A stretch of 64,000 bases of DNA from Mobula hypostoma (GCF_963921235.1 NC_086098.1:154318001-154382000), one strand, 5' to 3'. Numbered from the stretch's first letter, positions 25,065-38,743 are shown. The notes: a model not told the origin generated them from the letters alone. Numbers and translations: made by a program.

Positions 25065-25863
25065 TAATATGTCAAATGGTGTGAGCAGAATTATTTGCAG
25101 CTTAATGTGAAAAAGACTGAGGAGCCGGTGGTAGACCTGAGGAGAGCTAAGGTACCCGTAACCCCTGTTTCCATCCAGGGGGTCAGTGTGGACATGGTGG
25201 AGGATTACAGTTACCTGGGAATACGAATTGACAATAAACTGGACTGGTCAAAGAACACTGAGGCTGTCTACAAGAAGGGTCAGAGCTGTCTCTATTTGCT
25301 GAGGAGACTGAGGTCCTTTAACATTTGCCGGATGATGCTGAGGATGTTCTACGAGTCTGTGGTGGCCTGTGCTATCATGTTTGCTGTTGTGTGCTGGGGC
25401 AGCAGGCTGAGGGTAACAGACACCAACAGAATCAACAAACTCATCCGTAAGGCCAGTGATGTTGTGGGGATGGAACTGGATTCTCTCCCGGTGGTGTCTG
25501 AAAAGAGGATGCTGTCTAAGTTGCATGCCATCTTGATCAATGTCTCCCATCCACTACATAATGTACTGGGTGGGCACAGGAGTACATTCAGCCGGAGACT
25601 CATTCCACCGAGATGCAACACAGAGCGTCATAGGAAGTCATTCCTGCCTGTTGCCATCAAACTTTACAACCCCTCCCTTGGAGGGTCAGACACCCTGAGC
25701 CAATAGGCTGGTCCTGGAATTATTTCATAATTTACTGGCATAATCTACATAATACTATTTAACTATTATGGTCCTATTACTATTTATTATTTATGGTGCA
25801 ACTGTAACGAAAACCAATTTCCCTCAGGATCAATAAGGCATGACTATGACTATGACTATGACT
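25065..25863 (+). mobile_element. Rex1/Babar-type LINE 3' fragment with (ATGACT)n tail
   Basis: ORF 25095-25706 has QLNVKKTEE, YLGIRIDNKLDW, YLLRRLRSF and RKSFLPVAIKLYN; tail catgactatgactatgactatgactat. Confidence 0.85.
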
Positions 25864-26209
25864 ATATCCCTGATATATAAAAATAACAGATAATCACCAG
25901 CTTGAATATGCTCAGTAACTGCACCTCCACCACCCCTTTGAGCAGGAAATTCTAAAGAGTTTTCATGTGTTATTGTGTTCTCATCAAAATTAGATTAGAT
26001 ATCTAACCCCTTGCACATTTATTTTTAAACTTCATATTGGAGAATTAAAGCTAGCGTGGCTTGTCTAATCATATTGTTTACTAATAAGATTTTACCACTT
26101 AATAACTCTCTGTACTGCCTGTGGAGCTTTGAAGGTTGATATCCAGTGTAGCCACCATTTTCACCATTTTTAACTAATTCTAACTTCCTTCACCTCCTTG
26201 TTCACTCCA

Positions 26210-26860
26210 AACATAGAACATAGAACAGTACAGAACAGGAACAGGGTCTTCAGACCAAAATGTTGTGCCAAACCAATTATATCAAATGGCCAAATAAACA
26301 AGCCCCTTCTGCCGAGGCAATGTCCACAGCTTTCCATTCTCTTCACATTTGTGTTCCTATCTAAAAGGCTCTTAAAAGTCCCAAATGTATTTGCCTGGAC
26401 CATCGCCGCAGGCAGTGCATTTCAGAAACCCACCACTCTCAGTGTAAATTTTTTGTTCCTCATTTCTCCTTTGATCTTACCCTCTCTCACCTCAAATGCA
26501 TGCTGTCTGGTGTTAGACTTTTCAACCCTGGAGTAAGAAAGTGCCTGTCTACTCTACCTATGCCCCTTATAATCTCAACCTTTGATCAGATCTTCCCTTA
26601 GCTTCCACCACTCCAGAGAAATCAACACAATTTTGTGCAGCCTCTCGTTATATTACGTGTCCTTCAATCTAGGCAGCTCCTTGATAAACCTCTTCTGCAC
26701 CTTTTCCAAGCTGTGACTTTCTTCCTTTAATGGGGCAACAGAACTGTTTGCAATACTCTAGATGCAGTCTAACCAGAGTTTAATAAAGCTGCAAAATAAC
26801 TTCCTGACTTTTGAACTAAATGCCTCTAATAATGAAGGCAATCATGCCAAATGCCTTCTT
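26210..26860 (-). mobile_element. CR1 3' end, minus strand
   Basis: Starts with the antisense tail aacatagaacatagaacagtacag; minus ORF has TFGTFKSLLDR. Confidence 0.75.
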
Positions 26861-27040
26861 AACCATCCAACCAAACTGTATAGCCACTTTCAGGCAACAA
26901 TTAACTTGGACATCAAGATCCCTCTGATGACCAACACTCTTCAGTGTAATAAATTCTTCGGGCCTGTGCAGAGAGTCGGACAGTGTTGGACTCTGAGATT
27001 TCTAGAGCACCTGAATTGGTTAATTCAGCCTTTTCCAACA

Positions 27041-28500
27041 TTTTGTAGCCCAGCACCCCTCTAAGGTTCTTTCATACTTGCCAATGTCCCCCTAAAGTAT
27101 CTTCATACTTGCCAAAGCCCCTCTTATACACTATATACTTTACAGCACCCCCACAGAGTAAAACCATGTCTACCATATGCTACCATGCGAAAAGCATGAA
27201 AGAGAGTTTCATACTTCCCATGCAGGGAAACTGTGAGAACATTCTTCTCCCAATGTTTTGCTTATATATTTCCAATTTGCCATAAAAATGGATATTGCAC
27301 ATTTTGCCTCGATTAATTTGAAATTCTCACCCTCCATTTTCAAATTTAGAACATTCATTTTGTCATATAGGTCAACCAGGTATGCCACATCTCCATGTAA
27401 AAGTTCAAACTTGTTTCCTATTCTCTTGTCGACTTTGAGCAAAAATTCAACTCCAGTGTCAAAAAGATCAAAGAAATTGTTTGAGCAGCAGCCTTTTGAC
27501 AGCCAATGCAGGTCAGTGTGAAAAAGCAAGTGTTAAAATTCTTCATTGGTATCTTGGCATACCTGGCAAAATATTCTGCTATTTAATGGCTGAGTATTAA
27601 ATTTGTTGAGAACAGATAATACTAAGTCACTGGCTGAGGTTTTCAGCTGTGAGATGTTGATGATGAATTACACATTGGATTGCAAACAGACTTGGAATTT
27701 CTTTTTTTCATAAAAACCACTGAACCAGCATGCTGACCTGTGGTGCTCCATCTGTAGCACAAGAAATTATGCTCCTAATCAGAATTCATTTTTGAGTTCA
27801 TCATAGATTATTTTCCATTGATATTTGTTTTTAACTTTTAACTAAAGTGAAACTCTTCATAAACTTTTTCCATACTTGATAAACTGTACAGAGGCCATAA
27901 GCATGCCTCATTGTCTCGCACAGTTTTATCCCTAATTCTGCTTTTTGCAGCGCTGTGCATAGCTGATACTCAATTTCTTCACTCATTTCGTCAACACATC
28001 TAACTAGAGAGTTATTACTCAGTGTAATTGACTTTAAAATACTGGTAACCATTTTGGAACGGTGGTGAATGCTTCTGAAACAGCTGCTATTATTAATCTT
28101 TCACCAGTTGCATGAGATTTGTAACTCTTTGCTATCATTCTGGAAATGATATAAGAAACAATGAGACCACTATCAAGGTCATTTTTAGCTTTCCTGACAA
28201 ACGACTTGAGGGTTCAACGCTTTTCAAGTCCTCTCATCTTCTGGAATTGTGTATTTCCATAAGTAGCCTTTTCAAGGTTTCTTTTGCAGAAGTGTTCCTG
28301 CAATATTGATGGCTTCATGGATGCATCAGACAGTACAGCTTTACAAATAAGACAACACGGGGAGTTGCTGAACTGACGGGAACGCAATAAAACCATGCTC
28401 CTGGTATGTAACACTGTATTGACGCACTTTCTATAGTTTCTGTTTCTTAGCAGGATTAGACTTCTAGGCTTCAGCACCTTCAGACTCATGGAGATCACAT
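27041..28500 (-). mobile_element. hAT (Charlie/ZBED-like) transposase fossil
   Basis: Minus ORFs: CCLICKAVLSDASMKPSILQEH (BED finger), SITLSNNSLVRCVDEMS, LFHTDLHWLSKG and VAYLVDLYDKMNVLNLKMEG. Terminal sequence cagccttttccaac at ~27048. Confidence 0.85.
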
Positions 28501-28714
28501 GGTACGTATCAATCCATCATTAACTGGGCTAAATTAAAATAAAAAAAATAATGCACACTGGTAATGCCTATCGGATGTTGATGACAGCAGCACGTCACGA
28601 CAGTAATATACAGTAATATAATCAACGTATCAATTATAGTCGGATATTGATATTGGGCACCTTGAGATTTGTCTGTTTTTACGTCCTGCTGTTTGTAGTC
28701 ATGCCATTGCACAG

Positions 28715-30010
28715 TCAAGTTTAAGACCACAAGACCATAATACATAGGAGCAGAATTAGGCCATCTGCTCCGCCATTCAGTCATGGCCAATCCTTTTTTT
28801 CCCTCCTCAGCCCCACGCCACGGCCTTCACCCATAACCTTTGATGCTGTGTCCAATCAAGAACCTATCTAGCTCTTCCTTATTACACTCAACAGCTGCCT
28901 GTGGTAATAAATTCCACAAATGTATCACCTTCTGGCTCAAGAAATGTTTCGGCTTCTCTGTTTTAAATGTACGACACTCTATCCTGATGCTGTGCCCTCT
29001 TGCACTGGACTTCCCCAGCATGGGACACATCCTTTCTACATTTACTCTGTCTAAGCCTTTCAACAATCGAGAGGTTTCAATGAAATCCCTGCTCATCCTT
29101 CTAAATTCCAGCGAGTACAGACCCAGTGGTATCAACCCTCCCTCCTATGATAACCCTTTCTTTCCTGGAATCATCCTTGTGAATCTGCTCTGAGACCTCT
29201 CCAATGCCGGTACATCTTTTATTAGATGAGGAGCCCAAAACTGTTCACCGTACTCAAGGAGAGGCCTCACCAGTGCTTTATAAAGGCTCAACATCGCATC
29301 CCTGCTCTTGTATTCCAGACAGCTTGAAATGAATGTTAATGCTGCATTTGGCTTCATTACCATTGACTCAACCTGCAAGTTAAACCTTAGGGTGTTCTGC
29401 ACAAGGATTCCCAAGTACAGTTCCATCTGAAATTTTTCGATTTTCTCCCCTTTTAGGAAATAGTCTGCACATTTACTTCTACTACCAAAGTTCATGACCA
29501 TGCATTTTCCAACATTGCATTTTATTTGCCACTTCCTTGCCCATTCTCCTAATCTGCCTAAGGTTTTCTGGACCCTACCTGTTTCCTCAGCACTAAATAC
29601 CCCTCCACCAATCTTCGTATCATCTGCAAACATAGCACCAAAGCCATCTATTCCATCATCTAAATCACTGAAATGCGGCATAAAAAAGTAGCGGTCAGAA
29701 TACCAACCACTGTGAAACTGGCAGCCAACCAGTAAAGGATCCATTTATTCTCACCCACTGCCTCCATTGCTCTAACCATGCCAGTAACCTGCCTGTAATA
29801 CCATTGGGCTCCTAACTTGGTAAGCAGCCTCATGTGTGGCACCTGTCAAAGGCCTTCTGAAAATCCAAATATACAATTTCAACTACACCCCCTTTATCTC
29901 TCCTACTTGTAATCTCTCAAGGAATTCCAACAGATTTGTCAGACAAGATTTTCCCATAAGGAAACCATGCTAACTTTGTCCTATCTTGTCCTGTGTCACC
30001 AGGTACTCCA
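28715..30010 (-). mobile_element. CR1 RT-3' fragment, minus strand
   Basis: Antisense tail agaccacaagaccataa; minus ORFs have [22 protein letters not shown] and YSLEFRRM. Confidence 0.9.
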
Positions 30011-30219
30011 AAACCTCATTCTGAAGACGCATTCACATCTGTTACTCTGCCCAGCATCTTGGGTTGGATGTCTTTTTAAATTGCAATTCTAGGATACATT
30101 AGGGAAAGTATCTTTTTCTGCGTGGAGAGGTTTGCAAATGCCATTGAATATGGCAGTGTAGTCATTCATTTTCCTATATTACCATGAGTCTGGTGTGCTG
30201 AAGGACATCCAGAGAAATG

Positions 30220-31330
30220 GACAGACATAGACACAGAACACTACTGCACAGGAACGGGCCATTCAATCCACAAAGTTGTGCCAATCCAACTAAACACCAA
30301 ATCAAAAACACCCAATCACTGAACCCTCCTAGCAACACAATGTCCATATCCCTGTAGCTTTTTTACATCCATGTGCCTACATCCACTGCCCTAACCTCAA
30401 TAATCTTTCTCGTTACCTTGTCATAAAACTCACTCTAGTCGATAATACATGATGTGCTCCACAAAAGGCCAGGCTGACCATCCCTAATTAGGCCATGGGT
30501 TTCCAAATGCTCATATATCCTATCCCTAAGAATGTTCTCCAGCCATTTCCCTACACCTTACTTGAGGCTCACCAGCGTATCATTCCCAAGATTTTCCCAT
30601 GTTCCCTTCTGAAATCGGGTACAGCACTGGCTATTCGCCAGTCATTTTGCTTGGTAAATACTGAAGCAAAATACTCATTGAGTACCTCATTCACATTCTC
30701 AGCATCCAAGCAAATGTTTGGTCTTTATTTGTTTGTGATCACACCTATTTATCCTCTTGCTCTTGATGTATGTATAGAATGCCCTGGGATTCACCTTAAT
30801 CCCGCTAGCCAAGAACTTTTGATGGCCCCTCCTGGCTTTTTTATTTTCCTTCTTTAGTTCGTTTCTGGCCTCCTTAATCTACTCATATGCTTTGTTTGAT
30901 TTTAACTTTTGAAGCCTTACATACTTTCCCTTTTCCTTCTTGAATAAAATCCTCAACCTTCTGGACATCCAATGTTCCATTATCCTACCTCTATACTCTT
31001 CCACAAGGACCATATTTATCCCTATTTATAGTTACCCTGAAAGGTAAGGATTTGTGGTCACTGTTCCCTAACTGCTCTCCCACTGAAAAATCAGTCACCT
31101 GGCCAGGATCGTCAGCCAACTTCAGGCTCAATACGGCCCTCCTCTCTTTGAACCATCCACACATTGGTTCAATAAACCTTCCTCGATACACTTAAAAATT
31201 TGTACCCCAAATAAACCCCTTGCACTAACAGGGTCCTACCTTATACTTGGGAAGTTGTAATACCCCCCCTTGCAACAACCCTTTCATATTTACACATTCC
31301 CATAATCTGATTACACATCTGTCCTCAATG
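30220..31330 (-). mobile_element. Degenerate CR1 fragments (3' end plus ORF2 APE/linker), minus strand
   Basis: Antisense tail acatagacacagaacactac; minus ORF 30991-31191 has DDPGQVTDFSVGEQLGNSDH. Confidence 0.65.
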
Positions 31331-31399
31331 CCCCGGTTGCTACAGCCTCGGAATACAAGTGTGAATAGGCTGGTGAGTTAAACCAGTTCTTCAGTATGT

Positions 31400-33160
31400 T
31401 TGAGAATTGCACTCTCATTCACACAGCATACCAGTCTATGTGCTAAAGTACCCAATGCTTCCTCAGAACTAACACCTCCAGCCTTCCTCCTCCCCCTCCA
31501 GTTCAATATTTGGACGAACAACACAGGTTACCACCGTTTACTTCCCCTCCTTGAGTTGCACCTACAGTCCACACTTCCGCATATCAACTGCTGTCATCCG
31601 ATCTTCAAATCCCCCAGCCTCCAACTTCCACCAATTTCCCAGTCAGCATAGACTCCACTTCACTACTGCACAGGTCAGAAGGCCTCTGGGGAAACTCAAA
31701 CACGGCAAGGCATTGCGACCCGAAGGTCCTGGAGCAGGGTGCTGAGGAGATGTTGGGAGTTCTCTAGTCCATTGTCAATCTCAGCCTGGAAATGGTCCCG
31801 ATTGTATGGAAAAAACCATATGTGATCCCAGTACCCAAGAAGGACCAACCAAATGTCTTGAATGACTACTATTCAGTGGTCCTGACCTCACACATCATGA
31901 AGACCCTAGACAGGCTGGTCCTGGCTCACCTCCGACCCCTAGTCAGATCAGCCCTTGATCCCCTGCAGTTTGCATTCCAGGTGCACATTGGGGTCGAGGA
32001 TACTGTCATATACCTGCTAAGCAGAGCCTACTCCCATTTGGATAAGGAGGGCTGCACAGTGAGGATCATGTTTATTTTTTAATTTCCCTAATGCCTTCAA
32101 TACCATATAGCCCTCATTGCCGGGGGAGAGAGCTCTGTTCTATGCAGTTTCATTGCACCCTGGATAATGTACTACCTGACTGGCAGACCACAGTATATGC
32201 AGCTTCAGAGCTATGTATCAGACATGGCTATAAGCAGCCCTGAGGTCCCACAGGGGATTGTGTTAGCTCCCTTCCTGTTTACCCTGTATACTTCGGAGTT
32301 TATATACAACACTGAGTCATGTCATCTGCAGAAACTCTCTGATGACTCAGAAATAGTTGGGTGTATAAAGGTAGGACGGGAGGATGGATACAGGGCTCTG
32401 GTGAATAAGTTTTTCAAATGGTGCAGGCTGAACCATCTGCAGCTCAAATTCAGGGAGACAAAGGAGGTGGTGATGGACTTTAGGAAGACTAATCCTGCAC
32501 TACTCCCTGTACAATTAATGGTGAGAAAGTGCATGTGGTGAGGATCTACAAATATCTGGGGATGAAGCTATCTGTCAGGCTTGAGTGGAGCACCAACACA
32601 GAGGCAGTATACAAGAAGGGCCAGAGTGGCCTCAACTTCCTGGGGAGCCTGAGGTCCTTTGGGGTATGCAAGCCTCTCCTTCACATGTTCTAGCAGTCTG
32701 TTGTCACCAGTACAATCGTCTATGTGGTGGTGGGTTGGGAGAATGGCATCAACATAGGTGATGCCAACAGGCTCAATAGACTGATTAGAAAGGCTGGCTC
32801 TGTTATAGGAGTTAAACTAGACACACTGGAGGCTGTGGTAGAACAAAGGACTGAACGGAAAATCCTGTCAATTCTGGACAATGTTTCTCACCCTCTGCAT
32901 GCCACCTTGGGTGAGCAGAGGACCACTTTTGGTAACAAACTAAGACAACTCTGCTGCTCCATAGAGCACTATGTGAGGTCATTCTTACCCTCGGCCAAAA
33001 GTCTCTAAAATGGGTCAACCTATAGCCAGGGAAGCGATATCCTGCTCATGCTACTCTTTTTGAAGTAACAGTATTTTTTATTCTTTCTTACTTTTCTTTT
33101 AATAATTGCATATCTGTGCATATGCAATGCTACTCTGACACTGTAATTTCCTTTGCGATG
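31400..33160 (+). mobile_element. Rex1/Babar-type LINE ORF (RT to 3' end), disrupted
   Basis: VPKKDQPNVLNDY, LTSHIMKTLDRLV, DPLQFA, HLDKEGCTVRIMF, VPQGIVLAPFLFTLY, KLSDD and ANRLNRLIRKA. Confidence 0.9.
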
Positions 33161-33329
33161 TATCTATCTTTTTTGGAGGGGGTGGCCCCTGTAGTACAAT
33201 CCCATCAGTATGATTGCACACTTCCTATCTTTGAGTTTTACCTAAAATACACACACACCAAAAGATCCGACGCACCATAGTTGTTATTTCATTTTTGCCT
33301 TTCAATACTTTACTTGACATTTACCTTCT

Positions 33330-34110
33330 AGTCCGATCCTTTCCTTACTGACCCATTGTTTCTGTTCCCAGATCCCTGCAAAACTAGTTTAAACTCTCCT
33401 GCGTAGCAATAGCAAACGTTCCCGACAGGATATTGGTTTCTGTCCGTTTCAGGGGCAACCTGTCCCTCCTGTACAGGTCACCGTTTCCCCAGAAAAGGTT
33501 CCAATGATCTAAGAACTTGAAACCATTATCCCCTGCACCATCTCCTCAGCCACTCATTCATCCATGATATCACCCCATTCCTATTTGCCCTAGCCCTTAG
33601 CACTAGAGATTACTGCCTTGGAGATCCTTCTCTTCAGCTTTTTTCCTAACTGTAAATACTCATAATGTAGGACTTCTGTCCCCTTTCTGTCATTGTCATT
33701 GGGGCCAATATGCACCACGACATCTGGCTGTTCACCCAACCTCTTGAGAATATCTTGCAGCCGATCTGATACATGCTGGACCCTGGCACACGAAGGGCAA
33801 CCCGCCACCCTGGTGTCTCATTTTGGCCATGAAATCTCCTTTCTGCCACCCTAACCATCGTGTCCCCTAAAACCACCGCACTGTTTGACTTTACCCTTCG
33901 CTGTCGAGCTTCAGAACCAGCCATAGTGCCACCAGCCTGGCTGCTGCTGCCGTGCCCTGATGGGTCATTTCCCCAGCAGTATCCAAAGAGGTATACTTGT
34001 TGCTGAGGGGACTGGCCACAGGGGAACCCTGCAATGACTTGCTAATCCCCTTACCCGTGCTGGTGGTCACACACCTACCATCGGAATCCTGTATCTGCAT
34101 CTGACCATCT
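33330..34110 (-). mobile_element. CR1 ORF1 (esterase) fragment, minus strand
   Basis: Minus ORFs have PLSNKYTSLDT, AVVLGDTMVR and VVVHIGPND. Confidence 0.75.
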
Positions 34111-34609
34111 CTTCATCTCTTCATCTCATCTATAATATATTTAGCACCCTAAATGATACTGAGTACATTCAACTCCTCGACCCGGTCAACCAACCGCTGA
34201 AGTTTAGTGTACTTTCCGCAGATGTAGTCATCAGGGAAATGATCAGTATCCTCAGAGGACAGGACTCCTTTGTACTAAGAAAAAAGCTTATCTCTTCTTA
34301 ACTATGTCTCTGCCTGTCCAGGCTGTAGCCTGTTAAGCCAAAGCTTTTGCATTCTTGTCACTGGGACACTCCAGCAATTGCCGCTCTGCTTGACCCTACC
34401 TTCCTTTTATTTGCATCTGAACTTCGGTTTCTGATGCCGACACTTATTGAGCTTGCATAGCCGTAAAAGGCCAGCCTTACCCGAATGTGCTCCTTTCCCA
34501 CTCTCTCTCTCCCACCTTCAGTCGGGATCTGAGACTAACACTCACACCTGAAGTGCTGACAAAAAAAACAGATTTATCCCAATCTGCTCTTTTTATATTC
34601 GCAGTCAGC

Positions 34610-35330
34610 CTTCGGTCAGGGTCCATGGCATCTTCGATCGAGTGCTCAGCATTCTTAAGTGAGGGGACATACAGCAAGAGGTCGTGGACAACGTAGGTTA
34701 CAATTACACAGGTAGAAAGAGAGACGAGGTTCTGGAAAGGGAGGTCAGGGAGTTACGTGCTAAATTAAATGGTAGGATTCGTGTTGTGATCGCAGGATTC
34801 CTACCCATGCCACGTGTCAGTCAGGCCAGAAATAGAAAGATTCTGCAGTTTAACACGTGGCTAAGGAGCTGTTGTTGGATGGAGGGATTCGGATTCATGG
34901 ATCACTAGGCCGTCTTCCAGGGAACGTGTGACCTGTACAGAAGAGAATGTTTAAATCTGAAGGGGAAGGAGACTAATATCCTGGAGGGAAGGTTTGCTAG
35001 TGCTGCACCGTGACGTTTAAATTAGAGTTGCAGTGCGATGGGAACCAGTGTTCCACGACAGTTAAGGGAGATGTTGAGGAGACAGATGTTGGTAAGACCT
35101 CAGCCAAAGTCAGGAAGGACAAGGTTGAGCATGTTGCGACTAGAGTCCTGAGCTGTGAATATTTCAGTGTAAGAAGTATGGTAGGAATGGCGCACGAGTT
35201 CAGGGCATGGATCAACAACTGAAGTTATGATTTTGTAGCCATTAGTGAGATATGGTTGCAGGAGGGGCAGGACTGGCTGCTCAATATTTCGAGGCTCCAT
35301 TGTTTTAGACATGACAGAGTGAGAGGGAGT
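34610..35330 (+). mobile_element. CR1 ORF1 end and ORF2 start fragment
   Basis: DEVLEREVRELRAKL...FNTWLRSCC, then YFSVRSMVG...FRAWIN (degenerate APE start). Confidence 0.65.
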
Positions 35331-35439
35331 AAAGGATAAGGTGTGGTGTTACCAGTCAGGGAAAATGTCTCGGCGGTGCTCAGGCACAGCTCGTCTAGTT
35401 GGTTGTTATGGGTGGAAGCATTGGTAATCATTTTCCAAT

Positions 35440-36920
35440 GTTATATAGATTCAGGATCAGTTCCTGGGGATTGGAGGGTAGCTAATGTAATCCCACTGCT
35501 TAAGAAAGGAGGGAGAGAGAAAGCAGGGAATTATGGACCAGTTAGCCTGACATCAGTGGTGGGGAATATGCTGGAGTCAATTATAAAAGATGAAATCGCG
35601 GCACATTTGGATAGCAGTAACAGGATCGGTCTGAGTCAGCATGGATTGACGAAGGGGAAATCATGCTTGATCAATCTTCTGAAATTTTTTGAAGATGTAA
35701 CTATGAAAATGGACAATGGAGAGCCAGTTGACGTAGTGTACCTGGACTTTCAGAAAGCCTTTGATAAGGTTCCACATAGGAGATTAGTGGGCAAAATTAG
35801 AGCACATAGTATTGGGGGTAGGGTACTGACATGGATAGAAAATTGGTTGGCAGACAGGAAACAAAGAGTAGGGATTAACGGGTCCCTTTCAGAATGGCAG
35901 GCAGTGACTAGTGGGGTACCACAAGTTTCGGTGCTGGGATCGCTGCTATTTCCAATATACATTAATGATTTCGATGAAGGGATTAAAAGTAACATTAGCA
36001 AACTTGCAGATGACACAAAGCTGGGTGGCAGTGTGAAATGTGAGGAGGATGTTATGAGAATGCAGGGTGACTTGGACAGGTTGGGTGAGTGGGCATGGCA
36101 CATCAGTTTAATGTGGATAAATGTGAGGTTATCCACTTTGCTGGCAAGAACAGGAAGGCAGATTACTATCTGAATGGTGTCAAGTTAGGAAAAAGGAAAG
36201 TACAATGAGATCTAGGTGTCCTTGTTCATCAGTCACTGAAAGTTAGCATGCAGGTACAGCAGGCAGTGAAGAAAGCTAATGGCATGCTGGCCTTCATAAC
36301 AAGGGGAGTTGAGTATAGGAGCAAAGAGGTCCTCCTGCAGTTGTACAGGACCCTGCTGAGACCACACCTGGAGAATTGTGTGGAGTTTTGGTCTCCAAAT
36401 TTAAGGAAGGACATTCTTGTCATTGAGGGAGTGCAGCGTAGGTTCACGAGGTTAATTCCCGGGATGGCAGGACTGTCATATGTTGAAAGATTGGAGTGAC
36501 TGGGCTTGTATACACTGGAATTTAGAAGGATGAGAGGGGATCTGATTGAAATATATAAGATTATTAAGGGTTTGGACACGCTAGAGGCAGGAAACATGTT
36601 CCCAATTTTGGGGGAGTCCAGAACCAGAGGCCACAGTTTAAGAATAAGGAGTAGGCCATTTAGAACTGAGTTGAGGAAAAACATTTTCACACAGAGAGTT
36701 GTGGAGCTACGGAATGCTGTGCCTCACAGGGCAGTGGAGGCCAATTCTCTGGATGCTTTCAAGAAAGAGTTAGATAGAGCTCTTAAAGATAGCGGAGTCA
36801 AGGGATATGGGGAGAAGGCAGGAACGGGGTACTGATTGTGGATGATCAGCCATGATCACAGTAATTGGCGGTGCTGGCTTGAAGGGCCGAATGACCTACG
36901 CCTGCACCTATTGTCTATTG
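35440..36920 (+). mobile_element. CR1 RT to 3' end
   Basis: [46 protein letters not shown]; tail ctattgtctattg. Confidence 0.92.
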
Positions 36921-38071
36921 AAGTGAGAAATAAGAAAGGTATGACCACGTAAATGCGGCGATATTACAGGCTACCCACAGGTCCGAGAGACTAAGAGGAA
37001 CATATTTGTTGAGAGATCACAGACTTTGCAAGAGCCTGGCCCTGTGGCTCAGAAATGTCGGGAAAGGAAGAGGATGGCAGCAGTGATAGGGGACTCCATA
37101 GTTAGGTGGTTAGACAGGTGATTCTGTGGTCGCAGAAAAAAACACGGATGGTAGTTTGCCTCCCAGGCGCCAGGGTCCGGGATGTTTCTGATCGCATCTA
37201 CTACATCCACTATTTCTGGTGGGAAGGAGAAAAGCCCGAGGTTGTGGTACCAACGACATAGGCAGGAAAAGGGAAGAGATCCTGAAAGAAGACTACAAGG
37301 AGTTAGGAAGGAAGCTGAGAAGCAGGACTACAAAGGTAGTCATCTTGGGATTACTGCCTGTGCCATGTGACAGTGAGTATAGGAATAGTGTGAGATGGAG
37401 GATAAATGAGTGGCTGAGGGATTAGAGCACGGGGCAGGGATTCAGATTTCTGGATCATTGGGACCTCTTTGGGGGCAGGAGTGACCTGTACAAAAAGGAC
37501 GGGTTGCACTTGAATCTCAGTGGGACCAAAATCCTGGCGGGAGGTGTGCTAAGGCTATTGGGGACAGTTTAACCGAGGATTTCTGGTGGGTGGAAACCAA
37601 ACTGAAGGGACGGAGGAGGAGGCGATTGGCTCACAAATAGAGAAACCTTGGAGACAGTGCGAAAGGGAGGATAGGCAGGTGACAGAGAAGGGACGCACTC
37701 AGACCGATGGTTTGAGATGTGTCTATTTTAATGCAAGGAGTATTGTGAACAAAGCGGATGAGCTTAGAGCGTGAATCAGTACTTGGAGCTATATGCTGTG
37801 GCTATTACAGAGACTTCGATGCTACAGGGGCTGGAATGGCTACTTCGAGTGCCAGGCTTTAGCTGTTTCAGATAGGACAGGGAGGGAGGAAAAAGAGGTG
37901 GGGGCATAGCATTGTTGATCAGAGATAGCGTCACGGCTGCAGAAAAGGAGGAAGACATGGAGCGATTGTCTACGGCAGAGGTCCCGAACCGCTATTGCAC
38001 CGCGGACCGGTTTAATATTGACAATATTCTTGCGGACCGGCCGACCGGGTTGCGGGGGGGTGGTGTTCAAG

Positions 38072-38743
38072 TAGGGTTAAACTCACTTCAACATGTCTTT
38101 TACAGTCAGGGTTGCCAGCTTTCTCACTCCAAATAAGGGACAAAAGTGCAGTCAAATCCTGACGAAGGGTCCCGGCCCGAAACGTCGACTATACCTCTTC
38201 CTGTAGATGCTGCCTGGCCTGCTGTCTTCACCAGCATTCTTTGTGTGTGTTGACAAGACACTTGTGTTTACCCCGAGAAAGACTACCATGACCATGAAGC
38301 CTTGAGAGGACACATGCGTGCGCATGCGTGTCGTGCGCATATGTGACGCGTGCATGCGCGTACGTGCCGATTTCCCCCCCTCAAATCGGGTTTGCCTTAA
38401 TCTTACCGACTACACTGCACATACATTATTTCTACTTTATATAGGCTATGTATTTATCATATCATTCCTGCTTTTATTATATGTTAGAGTTATTTTAGGT
38501 TGTATGTGTTATTTGGTATGATTTGGTAGGTTATTTTTTGGGTCTGGGAGCGCACAAAAATTTTTCCCATTTAAATTAATGATAATTGCTTCCTCGCTTT
38601 ATGCCATTTCGGCACGAAAGGTTTTATAGGAACGTTCTACCTTAGCGGGGGAAATACGGGACAAGGGCGGTCCCGTATGGGACAAACCAATTTAGCCCAA
38701 TATACGGGATGTCCCGGCAAATACGGGACAGTTGGCAACCCTG
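38072..38743. mobile_element. Inner hAT-type MITE with 8-bp TSD TGTTCAAG
   Basis: TSD at 38064-38071 and 38744-38751; termini tagggtt...aaccctg, plus a second internal cagggttgcca at 38107; repeated acgggaca subterminal motifs. Confidence 0.8.
38157..38252 (+). repeat. Half-copy of the Penelope-terminus repeat carrying an intact hammerhead core
   Basis: TC-CTGACGA-AGGGTCCCGGCCC-GAAA-CG-TC-GACT at 38157-38190, then the same downstream sequence as 21874-21926. Confidence 0.8.

Noticed and set aside
34410-34417. Octamer ATTTGCAT (Ig promoter motif)
   Set aside because: Lies among LINE fragments with no leader or V exon downstream.
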